A stretch of 63,284 bases of DNA, counting the filler, from Atractiella rhizophila (Eukaryota): the NCBI GenBank assembly GCA_021432655.1. It is 23 parts of 23 records of this genome, joined end to end, with 100 filler letters (N's around TTAATTAATTAA, not from the genome) between each part and the next. Parts side by side here need not be neighbours in the genome. Positions count along the whole stretch, not along the records: positions 1 to 2,721 come from MU272631.1; positions 2,822 to 5,523 come from MU272632.1; positions 5,624 to 8,321 come from MU272633.1; positions 8,422 to 11,118 come from MU272634.1; 19 more parts are not named here. One strand, given 5' to 3'. The position numbers were made by a program, and so were the translations under genes. Below, piece after piece: positions 1-11,218 of this stretch (the stretch's first letter is position 1; every line of letters starts with the position of its first letter). The notes under the pieces are model-generated. The model was given only the letters and a program-made list of their open reading frames with translations, was not told the DNA's origin and made no database searches.

Positions 1-2174
1 CCCGTACCCGTGCCTCCGGTCATCATGCTCGTTGTCGAAGCAATGGCACTCATACTGATTGAGTTCCCACTAGCAAGAAAGGCACCATCTCTGTCACGAT
101 CCACTTTCCAATGCGGGTTACCCGGAAGGGTATGGACGCCGACTTTGAGAAGCAAAGGTGGAACAACGGATGGATCGTCTTCATCCTTCTCTTCTTGTGA
201 GCGACGGACGGGCAGAGGAGGCGGAGCCATGTCTGTCAGTTTGGTGGACGCAGTCGCAGCCGTGGTTGTACGGGAAGGGAGGTTGGCAAGGGAGACAGAA
301 CGACGTATCTGTTGATTCACTGGCTGACGTGGCTTAGTCGACAATGCAGCCAGCCGCTGATTCAACGTTGGCTTCGCTGGCACTGTTGGCTTCTTTTCCT
401 CTTCATCCGACTCCTCAATCTCTACCACCGCTGCCGGATCACCCCTGAGCTTTCTCCTCTGCTCTTGCCTCTCCTCCGCAACCGCATCCCTCCTTCTACG
501 GGCAAGTTTATCATCCCTTTTAAGCCTCGCTTCATCGTCACTCTCAGCAACAAAAGGTGTTCTTCCCTCCATCACTTTTCTTGCTGCACCAACTCCAGCT
601 ACAGGTAGATGAAGCACCGGCCAATCCGGGGCATCCTTCGAGTTCTTCTTCGGCTTCTGGTATTCCGCAATGATGATCGGTTTGTGCACTCCCGTAGCGT
701 CTTCAACAATAAAATGAACGTTTTTGGGGTGAACTTCGCGCCAATGAGGATCTCGAGAAGAAGCAAGGGGATCATGTTCCAGAGTCCGACCAGTGGAGGC
801 TTCGGCGTGGAGGAGAGATGGCAGAGAGGCAGAGCCACCGCTGACGGGGAGCGCGCCGGTGAGACGGTGGGGGATGGAGGCAGAGAGGGCCGAGAGGACG
901 CGAGAGAGACCAATGGAGGGATTGGAGGGAGATAGGAGGTTGCACATAACATATTCGAGCTCTGTTCTCCCAATGAACGGATCGACGTAAGTATGAAGAG
1001 GCAATCAAAGGAGTGAGGATGGGGAGGATTGTCGACGCACTCTCCAAGGGCCAAATACGCATCCCTAGCCTCTCAGCTGTATCGTGTAAGCTAACAGCTT
1101 TCACAGAGGGCTGCATCTTCGGTATTGATGTCCTGTTCACACAAACAACGGCCGTATGAGGTTAAATCAACTAGGGACAAGTATGTGAAGGTAGAACTAA
1201 CGATTTCTTTGATACTCTTCTCGGAGTGCCAGTCATATCGAGCTCGTTGAAAAGTTGCCCATTGGTCCTGTTTTTATCGACGTTATGCAGAATCTTCGCT
1301 TTCTCCTTCTCCCTCTCCGCGGTGACAATGAAGTGGGTGACGTCGGTGCTCAAAAAGTGCGTTATTTTCTATCCACGACAACATCCTTCAACCACCATTC
1401 CACCTGTCGCAAAGGGAAGAAGAGACATACCCCATCAAGCGCCATGATACCCGCAGTAACTTTCTCTTCCGTCTCTCGATCCAATCCATCAAGATAGAAC
1501 ACAAATTCGCGCTTGAAGGCGTCTATGTATTTCTCTCTCCACCGCGCTTTCTCCTTCATGTGATCCTTGAGGATCCTCCTCTGCGTATTCGGCGAAGGCT
1601 TTGACGGTTTTTGCTTGCCCTTCACATTCGTCGATGTCGAAGGAGGGACGAGACCAGCTGTGGAGGACAGTTCTTGCTGTTTGGAGTGCTTGTGATTCGA
1701 GGGTCGAGGATCGTTGCCGGAGGAGGAGAGGACGATCAACTTTGGTTTCTTGCTCGCTCTCTCCTGTACCAAGTTGTTGGGAATCGCATTCGACGGATAT
1801 TTGAGTGTTGGAGTCCTTCCATTCGCTCCATGTGAAAGGGCGACAGAGACAGATGTCTCGTCCCGCACACGTTTCTTCCCCTTTCCATCACCCTCTCCCA
1901 AGCCCAGCATCGCCTGCAACCGCAATCCCGACTTCATCACGAGTTTCTCACCTCCATTACCTCTCCCGCTCCCGATCTCGATTCCCCATCCAGCCTCGAT
2001 GCTGCTCTCAATCTTGTCAACCCCATCATCCTTCACACCCGCTGTGATAGGTCCGGTGCGGGCACGCTTGTTGTCCCGTTCCAACAAGTCATTCCGAGCG
2101 TTTTTCTCCGCAATCGTAGGCGCGTCGTACACCTTCGGACGCTTGCGAGAGGTGGTTTGAGAGGTACTCGCCAT
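1..2174 (-). CDS. DBF4: Dbf4/Dfp1/Him1, regulatory subunit of the Cdc7 kinase (spliced, 3' truncated)
   Basis: BRCT-like motif N (WREKYIDAFKREFVFYLDG...FLSTDVTHFIV...AERLGMRIW). Central motif M read manually (HFIVEDATGVHKPIIIAEY...DWPVLH, about 600-730). ASGNS motif near position 60-80. Short GT-AG introns. Confidence 0.85.
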
Positions 2175-2721
2175 GGTCGCAGCTAGGTTCTCTCACGGCT
2201 GAATTGACTGTCGAATGGTATGCCTTGCCTGCGTGGAAAACAGTTGTGTTGAACGAGATTTAGGGTTAGGGCAGTCACTGTTCATCACAATACACGTGCC
2301 GCTTATGCATTGTCTGTTTTCTGTTTTCTCATTTTGATTTTCGTTTTAGAAGGGCGAATGGGTTTTGAATTGTGCTTCTTACAGAGTCTGAACGCTTTCT
2401 CGCGTGTTTTGGTCCTGTCTGTCGAAATAATGTTGTTCATTGGAGGTAATAATACATAAAACAAGGTAATATGGTCAGACCTCACCTGCATCTTCCCTTC
2501 CCTTACACCAGCTTTCGCTGTAGAAGGCTGACAAAGACAATATTCTATGCACCAAATAGAACAATCAGTTTGAGAGCCTTGGTGACAAAGTTTTCAAGCG
2601 TAAACAAAACAAGTGGCTTTCATCAGTAGGTTACCATATATCAATCCTCGTCATCGGAAGCTTTGAGCTCCAGCTAGGACAGGGATAACGTTTTAAGATA
2701 ATTCATCATGTGGAAAGTGGA

Positions 2722-2821
2722 NNNNNNNNNNNNNNNNNNNNNNNNNNNNNNNNNNNNNNNNNNNNTTAATTAATTAANNNNNNNNNNNNNNNNNNNNNNN
2801 NNNNNNNNNNNNNNNNNNNNN
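2722..2821. other. Artificial contig-joining spacer N44-TTAATTAATTAA-N44 (first of 22)
   Basis: Identical 100-nt spacers start at 2722, 5524, 8322, 11119, 13913, 16705, 19490, 22262, 25029, 27795, 30558, 33314, 36069, 38823, 41573, 44323, 47067, 49806, 52534, 55234, 57926 and 60616. TTAATTAATTAA places a stop codon in all six frames. Confidence 0.99.
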
Positions 2822-3539
2822 TTAAACAAAAGAAGCGACGATCATATAGAGTTTCGCACAGATGATTTTCGTCAAGCCTGTGCAAGATCGTCGCGCCCAC
2901 CGGGTTCAGCACTGTCGTCCAGTTCAATTACTCGGCCCATTGTTGCGAAACCTATCCTGTATCCTGGAATCAACGGATAGTTGAAAGATGAAACTGTGTT
3001 TGGCATCTCTCAAATGTCATCAAATATCATTTTCGCCCCGAATATGAATGGTGACGGTCTGTTTAAAGGACCAATCAGCGCTAGAAAGAGCTGAGTCACA
3101 TCCCCTTGTGATAGATGCCAGCAGTCAGCTTGAACTGCTTCTTAATTCTGAATCGCTCGGAACCAAACAATAAGAAAGGAAGGATTATCCATCGGAATGC
3201 GGGTGAGGAAGGGTCCCGCGATTCCGCCTGCTAAATTTACAGGAGAGAAACGCAATATTAGCTCGTCCAGCTAACTTCATCCACGCATGCATGCGAGTTT
3301 GATGGGAAGAGCCATGCATTTACCGTTAGCAAGCCTGGAGTTAATGGAGCTAAGGGAACAGGGGTGGTGAATAGGAGTGGTAGGGCGTAGAGAAACTTGG
3401 ATGCTTTTCCGAGATTCCAAGCAGCATCCGTATCCTGCAATTGGTGGGAGTTTGTCGTTCATAAAGAGACTGCCACTGCCCATCCAATCCATTGACCAGA
3501 AACGACCGTTCGATTCAGGGGGACATTTATCAAAATCAG

Positions 3540-5523
3540 TTTGAGTGGAGGTTGGGCGGATGGTGAGGAAGCTTTCAAGGACTGGGTTGGGGATGTCTTT
3601 CTTTGTCGCTGTGAGCAGGGTGATGGGAGTGAGAAAGAAGTAGACTTGCTGGATGGTCTAGGTATGCTGCCTCTCTTTACGTTGAACACAAGGTGACGGG
3701 GTTGTTGGGGAAGAGGAACGCCGTGCGACAGTGTCTTTCAGATCTACTCCTGAGCCGGTACGACTTCTCTGCATGGGATATCTCCCCGCCTCTCCCCACT
3801 CACCTCGAACCGCCTTCTCTGTCCGCTTCCTTCGTTTTCATCACTCTATGTCGGCGCCTTCCGGAATCTCAACCCAAAGCTGGATTGAGGGATTGCAGAA
3901 ATATCTTCATCTGCTACCTGCAGACCAAATGCTTTGAAAGGACGTGGACCGATCGAGTATGTCCGCCATCCCTTGCTAGTCTTCCACACTGTTCATCCAA
4001 CCATCTTCATATGTTCCTGCTCCATGTTTGGGTTATGTGCTAAGTGTTCACTTTTGGGACCAGGCACGGTTGTTCGGGTTCCATTTGGGGAGACGGTCTC
4101 CGTGTTCCGGTGCATCCTCCTAGGTGTGCAACAACTGCTTGAAGAGACATTGAATCATCGCAACTCTGATCGGCTCGCCATGATCTGCCCCCCTTGCTTC
4201 GGACCTATGGAGAAAGAGCGAAAAGAAGACAAAGTGCCGGACAACATCTTCAGTATGGATGGCAACTTTGTTCAGCGGCATCAAGCAAATAACACGATCA
4301 ATGCCATTCCCCTTCGTCATCCTCCATCGTTCATCCCTCAGGAGGCCATTGATGATGCAAGAGAAACGAACGAAACAGCTGCTAGCAGGTATAACTCCCA
4401 TGACTAGGTATGCACTTCTGCTATGTCAAGGTTGACGTATTAAATGACATTAGGATGCTTGCACGAAGTCTTTCAAAGCTGCAGACGACAAAAGGAGCCA
4501 GTCAAGCTTCAAAAACTCAGATGACACAGGGCTCTTTGCTGCCGTTTGCCGCCATGATCAACCATTGATCTTTGCAAACATCTTCAAATCAGGGGAGAAG
4601 TGCGTAGTCTTACCCATAACATTATACCTTATTGACTGTCTTCAGACTTTGCTATTCCGTCGCTGTTGTTAAATACCTTGCTCAAGCTCTCTTGGACCGG
4701 TACTTTGGCGCCCAATATCATATCGCCAATTTCGAAAAGCATGCGGACAAAGTGCGTAGTGCTTCAATCATGGAATGTCATTGAGAGGGTATCGTCAGTG
4801 TAACCTCCCCACTGACATCGGAGAGCGAATTCAAGCCCGTCTTCCGAGCTTTCACGGCTATGCTCATGGTTGGGACTGCCAAATCAAATACAACTCCAAG
4901 TACTCCACTGGATTTGGCCAGTCGGGAAGGCGAAGGAACGGAGCGGACATGGAGCAAGATGTCCTCCATAATTGGAGGATGCCGTTACATGTAACAACCG
5001 CCTCCTGACCATTGAGTTTCGAGCTCAGCACATTGTTGAAGAAGGACCTGTGAGCCTGGGTATGTCGTCCACTTCTTCCAATTATACTCAGCAGACTCAC
5101 AGGCGTGTCTATAGCTGTAACTCTTCGTCGAAAGTATGCAAATGCTGCAACATCTTTGCGGCTGGAGTCCAAACGACTCGACTTTCTCAAATCCATCGAC
5201 AACGTTCACCATCCAGGATCGAAATACACTGAAGCGTTTTTCTACGAACAATGGGGACAGGAGAAGAGAGATCTTGGTCACGAGTAAAAAAAAACTCGAC
5301 AAAAGGAGGACGAGGAGAAACTAGGTGCATTCTTTGACCTGCAGTATCGACTAGAACAAACTTCGTATGCCATCCTTTAGTTTGTCGCCTCCCTCATCCA
5401 TCAGTGTAGAAGAATACTTGAGTCCACCCGCCAGATCCTTCCAGAAACAGCTGCAAAGGTGCTTGCCGCAATGGACAAATATAGCGCGGAATTGGAACTG
5501 CTCGCGAGGGAGTTGGGAGATGC
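3540..5523 (+). mobile_element. Degenerate KDZ (Kyakuja-Dileera-Zisupton) transposase with CxC1-like cysteine cluster
   Basis: CxC1-like LLCMGYLPASPHSPRTAFS. KDZ motifs CPPCFG, SMDGNF, DDTGLFAAVCRHD...NIFKSGEK, FHGYAHGWDCQ and (E)GEGTERTWS. Frameshifts near 4925 and 4991 and an in-frame TAA at 5285-5287. Start approximate. Confidence 0.88.
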
Positions 5524-6123
5524 NNNNNNNNNNNNNNNNNNNNNNNNNNNNNNNNNNNNNNNNNNNNTTAATTAATTAANNNNNNNNNNNNNNNNNNNNN
5601 NNNNNNNNNNNNNNNNNNNNNNNGATCGTCAACGGACATCTGTAACATAGGTGATCATTTGTACTATATCCGTTAACAGCACAGAAACCTGCTCGAATTG
5701 AACAGGCTGAACGTCACAAAGTTTTGCAGCGTATTCTACCGCGACATCTGAGCTTATTTGTCTGCGCAGATTGCATTTCTGGATTGTCATGGCTACCAAA
5801 AGTAATGCTCTAGCTTAGGGGCATGAATCTTCTCAGCCATATCAGAATCATGGTAATAAACTGGAAGCATGATGCATGGAACAGGCATCGAAAGCTAACG
5901 ATTTCACCAACGCGGGCGATATGTTCAAAAGGTTCATGGTCTGCCGTTAGATTACATTCTCTGCACAATGTAAAGCATCGGGAGCACGATGTAGAGGATT
6001 ACAGTTTGATATTCTCAAATAGAGAAGCGTAGTACTCAAGGAAGGACTGCACGGCGACCTCAACAACCACTCTTCTCCAGCAAAGAAATACACACACCTC
6101 TAAGCCATACTATCAGACACCAT

Positions 6124-6443
6124 CTAGAGCTTGCTGGTCTCAGCCACTTCTCCAATCTTATACTTCGCTGCCGTCTTTGTGAAAGTCTTCTTGCTATGGA
6201 ACTTCCAAAACGCCTCCGTCGAATCCTTCCCACATGCTCTTAGCAGGATCTTCGAGCCACCAGGATGCTCTTCGCTACATTTTCAGTACCCAATAAGTCT
6301 TAAGTCAGTTACTGTTATTTGCTTGAAAAAAAGAAAGCTAACATGAATTCGGAAACGTCATAAACACCCCCCTCGATGATGAGCCAGGCGTCGTTGGCGG
6401 CGGTATGGGTCGAAACGTCTTTGGCGGTGAACTTTTTGGACAT
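6124..6443 (-). CDS. Small soluble cytochrome b5-like heme protein (83 aa) with C-terminal SKL; 2 exons
   Basis: Exons 6443-6343 and 6274-6124, GT-AG intron 6342-6275. Translation: MSKKFTAKDVSTHTAANDAWLIIEGGVYDVSEFIEEHPGGSKILLRACGKDSTEAFWKFHSKKTFTKTAAKYKIGEVAETSKL. HPGG heme motif and second His present. Absent from the ORF track. Confidence 0.93.
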
Positions 6444-6756
6444 GTTGCTGGTGGGACTCTGATTGGAGGGCTAGGAGCTGTCGAGAGTGCTGGGGAAGCA
6501 GCGAATGAGGGCGGTTGTATTTGAGCGCGTGAAGTTGAAGACGCCGGACCGGGTCCGGTTATCCGAAGCCTAGGAAGGGCGAAGGGCGAGGCCCGTCATC
6601 TAAACAGGAGCTCAACTGGTTACACATTAATCATGCAGTGAATCTCTTATCTCATAAGCGTTAGTGTAACACTGGACCCATGATTTTTATGACGCAGAAC
6701 ATTGCAGGCAGCCAGCTTTACCGACAGACACCAGGTATCGCTCGCTCGTAATCATA

Positions 6757-7721
6757 TCAAACCCCATCCTCTTTCTCCCATCGCTTCAATGTCTCTTCAA
6801 CGTCCTCCAGAGTGCGGTTCCACTCCACGAACAGTTCCGAGAGGATATCGACCTGAGTCTCATTAAGCTTACTCTGAAATCAGCCTGCACTGGCAACTCA
6901 CATAATGATTATAATCCGCCAATAGTTGGCTTGTCCGTTCCTCTAATGTTCCGTATCCTTTGCTCAGCTCGGGAAACGTCTCTTTCTGAAGCTCTTCTAC
7001 ATCCGGTTTCAGCTCTTCAGACTCTACATTACGCCGTCGAAGCCGTCAACGCCAAAGTTAGTGAGGCAGGAGGGTAACACTCACCTCCCAGCGACCCTCC
7101 GCCGACCGTTCCACGTTGTTCGAACGTTTCTATCTCCCTCAAGTTCCGCTCCAAAGCAATGATCTCATTACTCATATCCGAAAGAATGAGTGCTTTCGAC
7201 TCATACGATATTTCCTTGTCGTTCGGTGTCTCCACGGCAAGAGGGGGCTTCAACAGTTGAGCGTTCAAGTTATCTATAAGTGTAGCCAATTAAAAGTCTG
7301 TTATTGGAAGTGAGAAGAGCGTACAAGAGTCAATAAATCGTCGAACAGAGTGATCTCTCAGACCATCCACAACTTCTTTGAGCTGCTTCTCGATTTCTCC
7401 CGTCCTCCTAGCTACGCTCACTCCCTCTGCCTCGTCACCATCACCTACAGCCTTTCCAGCTCGTTTCTCCTCTAGACCAAAATCGAGAGGATTCACGCTG
7501 CCATTAGCTGTCAGTTTCGGGTTGATGGAGCCGTCAGGGCCTGCGAGGACGAGTGAAAGGTAAGCTAGTCGGAGGGAAAGTATCGTCGTCGGGTCAGGAG
7601 AGGAAAGCTTGGGGATGGCAGGCAGAGGGATTGGGGGAGGGAGAGAAGGGGCATCTGAGTTTGTTGAGTGCACTGATGCTGGACGGGACAGCGAACGCTT
7701 CAAAGAGGAGAACATTGTCAT
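6757..7721 (-). CDS. Dynactin p22/p24 (DCTN3, fungal RO10-like) subunit, spliced
   Basis: LSLRLAYLSLVLAG, SVARRTGEIEKQL, SKALIL and C-terminal LLADYN...VDILSELFVEWNRTLEDVE follow the RO10/p24 pattern. The start could instead be at 7772. Confidence 0.72.
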
Positions 7722-8748
7722 TGTCGCTTCTTCCCTTCCAACTTCATTCCCGGACGGACGGCTCCGATCCATTATCGACCTGTATCACTAATGCATAAGA
7801 TAAATATCATTCTATAGCTCGAGCAGTGGTTATGGCGAATTGCAAATTAACGTGAGAAAATTCGAGTGCAGAGTGATTGGTGAGAAAAGGAACAATTGAG
7901 CCAGGCCAGGCGAGCAAGCTTTCAATCGCAGAATGCGACACGCGAGAGTGTGGAATGTTACCTATATATTCCTAACACAGTCTGATGACATAGTATGGAG
8001 GGTAATTACATGTTGTAAACGAGAGCAGCTCCACAGGGCCAGAATCGAAAGTGAAATTGGGACGATTCAACTTGTTGCAATCCCTACACCAACGATGATA
8101 CCCAAGATTGAAAAGGATAACTAAAGAATCGCATGTTGAATGGTCGGATTAACGCCACAGGTATTATACGGGCGACAAATCTTTTAAAGATCGTCAATAG
8201 CGATGATGGACGACCGTTTGAACAGTTCTAAGGCCTTATCGAGGTCCTTCAGCCCATTCGAGTCGGTGTAGGCTGGTTGCGAAGACTGATCAGCAGAGTT
8301 TCCGATTCCAGAAGCATCTAANNNNNNNNNNNNNNNNNNNNNNNNNNNNNNNNNNNNNNNNNNNNTTAATTAATTAANNNNNNNNNNNNNNNNNNNNNNN
8401 NNNNNNNNNNNNNNNNNNNNNAGAAGAACGCTGATATTTTTTACGTCCTAGGGGTCAAGATTGGATTGGATCAGAGTGGCAGCTTCCCCAGCAACTTCGT
8501 CAAACTTTTGGAATAAAATGCTGCCTTACACATACATATATTGTTGGGCGAGTTGCTTGGATATTCAAGCGTTTCGGGTTATGTACATTGCGACCCCACC
8601 ATTTGTGGGGGAGCTTTTATACCATCATTTAGGTCTTATGTTGCAATCATGAGTTGTGTTTTCACGCCATCATTGGAATCGGTCAAAGGTCAAAGGGGTT
8701 CCTCAGGCTCATGCTTTCGAAGACTGCACGCTCTTAACACTTGGAGCA

Positions 8749-9796
8749 TTAAGCCTCTATTCCCAACATGCGTAGTATAACCTTCCCAATAACGACTCCG
8801 TCATGCGCATCAGCCGCATCCTTCATCGCCTTCTCCGCCCTTTCTTCTGAAAAGATGCCTTGCTCTCTTCTCACACCAACAATCTTCTGCACGATATCAC
8901 AAGTAAACTCGGGATGACCCTGGACCGTGAATATCCGGACTGATTGGAGGTCGAAGGAAGTGGGAGAGGTGGGAGAGGAGAGCAGGATCATGCCTTGATT
9001 CGGCGCCACGGGAGAATGTGCAAGCAATTGGAATCCTGCTGGTGCTTTGGGAACGTGGTCGCGATGCATTTGCTGGATCCTCTACAGGATGAAATAGTAC
9101 CCATTAGTATCGTCTCCATTCACAACACAGCTGCAGAGAAATTCAAGGCTCCTTTCAAACCAAAAGAAACAGACTGGCAGTGTACTCTGCGCTCATGTAA
9201 AGAATGTTACTGATTGTGGTTGCCCGAGATTTGGTCGATAATTTATGTTTTGCAAATAAAGGACCTCTGCATAATTCTTGTCTTAGAATAAACTTGCTCA
9301 CCAAGCAACCCTTATTTTCCTTGAAAACAGCCTTGCCCCAATCTGTCATCTCACAATCCACCACTCCAACCTCCCAAGCTCCATTAGATTCACAAACACT
9401 GGAATCTTCCCTTTTTCCAAAAGCCATAGCCACTATCTGATGCCCAAAACAGATCCCAATGATTTTCTTTCCCTTCTCATGCACCTCCTTCACGTAATCT
9501 ACCAACTTGAGGATCCACGGGGCGGTATCGTAAGCCGTATGCTTAGATCCCGTCAGAAGGACTCCATCCGCTTCATCTAGCTCTGCAGGAGGAGGATAAG
9601 AGCCAGCAACGACATCGTAGGACTTCACGTTCAGCGAGGCGGTTGATTCAGCTGGAATCGAAGCGACGAAGAGCGCGCAAAAGATATCATGATAAGTGCC
9701 GTATTGGGCAAGAACTGGAGGAGCTGGAGTGTCACATAGAAGGACTATGAGGCTCTTGCTCCCGCTTGAAGCATTCGAACCGATGGTTGTTTCCAT
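8749..9796 (-). CDS. Class I glutamine amidotransferase (YLR126C-like, stand-alone GATase)
   Basis: LLTGSK, GICFGHQ (catalytic Cys), WEVG, QQMHRDHV and QGHPEF (His-Glu). One 220-nt intron at 9301-9082. Confidence 0.92.
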
Positions 9797-9987
9797 TTCG
9801 CATTTCGCTGCTTCATTTTGACATTTTGATTTGCGCCCATCTAACAATCATGAAAAGGTCCGAACCCAGTCCTGCTTACAACTCTGACAGGACTCAAGGA
9901 CTCCAACGGACAGTTGTGTGCTTTCTTGAACCAGTCTGAAAAACCTGTAAATATATCAGCGCTCACGGCAAAGAAACTGCTTTGGAA

Positions 9988-11118
9988 ATGGTTATGGAGC
10001 ACATCTTCCACGAAGACGAATCATTTTCCAGTCATCAGATTGTGAGCTCGGGGGAGAACTTGAGACGGGTCAGTGGCGAAGAGGTGCACAAGCGGAAGAG
10101 GAATAGGTATACTAAAGTTACCCCGTTAGAGTATTGTGGATTGAAACTGACGTGTATTCTCTCTGCGGTTAGACAGGTTCTTAGCTGGCAAGTCGCTTCC
10201 TGAGCTGTTTGGAGCCACTGAAACACCACTTACCCTATTTGTTCTGCAATAGTACTGTGCGTTTTATCATTATCAGAGTTCCCATCGAATTGAACAGATC
10301 AATAACAGGAATGCAAGCGGTTCGTACTCATTTCATCGCTGTTCGACATTACGTCCTCACAATCTTCTTACTTTTCAGACGGAAAATAAAAGTGCGCTCA
10401 TCGTTTACTTTGGTATATATGGATGGCTGATTTGTTTTCACTCCAGTGCGACAGTGAGTCACTCATCGGAACGCTGCTCATCGTGGTAAATAAAATCCTT
10501 CGTTTTAGGGAAATTGCCCTGTACATCGTGCATTAGTTCGTCACCTCTTTTTCTCCATTGGCTTCCTGTTGAGATGATTGCTCTTAGAGAGAGGAGAAAA
10601 TGAAAAATGTCATTGGGAGGTTTGTTCCTCTGTTCGTTCTCCCTCGATCGTATCTAACGAGACCCTAGGAGACGAAGAAGGTATGATTGCACACTTCAGT
10701 TCGAGGTTTGATTGCTACTCATGCGACATCCACAGGAAGTAGCACCGCAGCCTGTAAGACTTTCTAGATCTGAAATTGAAGTGCCACTGATCCAACATGG
10801 GTAGTTCGCGCTGGTATCTGATGGTTCGCTTTCTGCCCAACAATGTAAGTACACATTGCTGAGCTCTCTTGCGCAGTTCAAGCGCTGCAAGCGCGCCTTA
10901 TTCGTCTCGAATCATTGTTTCATCAGCGGAATCAGATCGAAAACCCACCTTGTATCCCCCAAGCATCAGGCTCTGCGAGTTCTAGCTCTCATTCCTCTTC
11001 CAACGAGCCTCAGTCACCGATACAAACAACTACTCTGAACATACCGGAACTCAAAGGCTTCCTCGAGTCGCCACAGATTGAGTCTCTTCTGCGTGCGGTG
11101 TCGATGACCAATGTGACA
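9988..11118 (+). CDS. Zn(II)2Cys6 fungal transcription factor assembled from microexons (3' truncated)
   Basis: Manual splicing of exons 9988-10106, 10173-10187, 10253-10256, 10309-10319, 10379-10391, 10447-10453, 10509-10535, 10588-10619, 10669-10680, 10736-10753, 10805-10823 and 10877 onward gives KRKRNRQVLSCTECKRRKIKCDRKLPCTSCIKRGENEKCHWEETKKEVAPQPFALVSDVQALQARLIRLE. Confidence 0.9.
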
Positions 11119-11218
11119 NNNNNNNNNNNNNNNNNNNNNNNNNNNNNNNNNNNNNNNNNNNNTTAATTAATTAANNNNNNNNNNNNNNNNNNNNNNNNNN
11201 NNNNNNNNNNNNNNNNNN

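Noticed and set aside
9082..9301. 220-nt GATase intron as a snoRNA host
   Set aside because: No convincing C/D or H/ACA boxes or terminal stem were seen.
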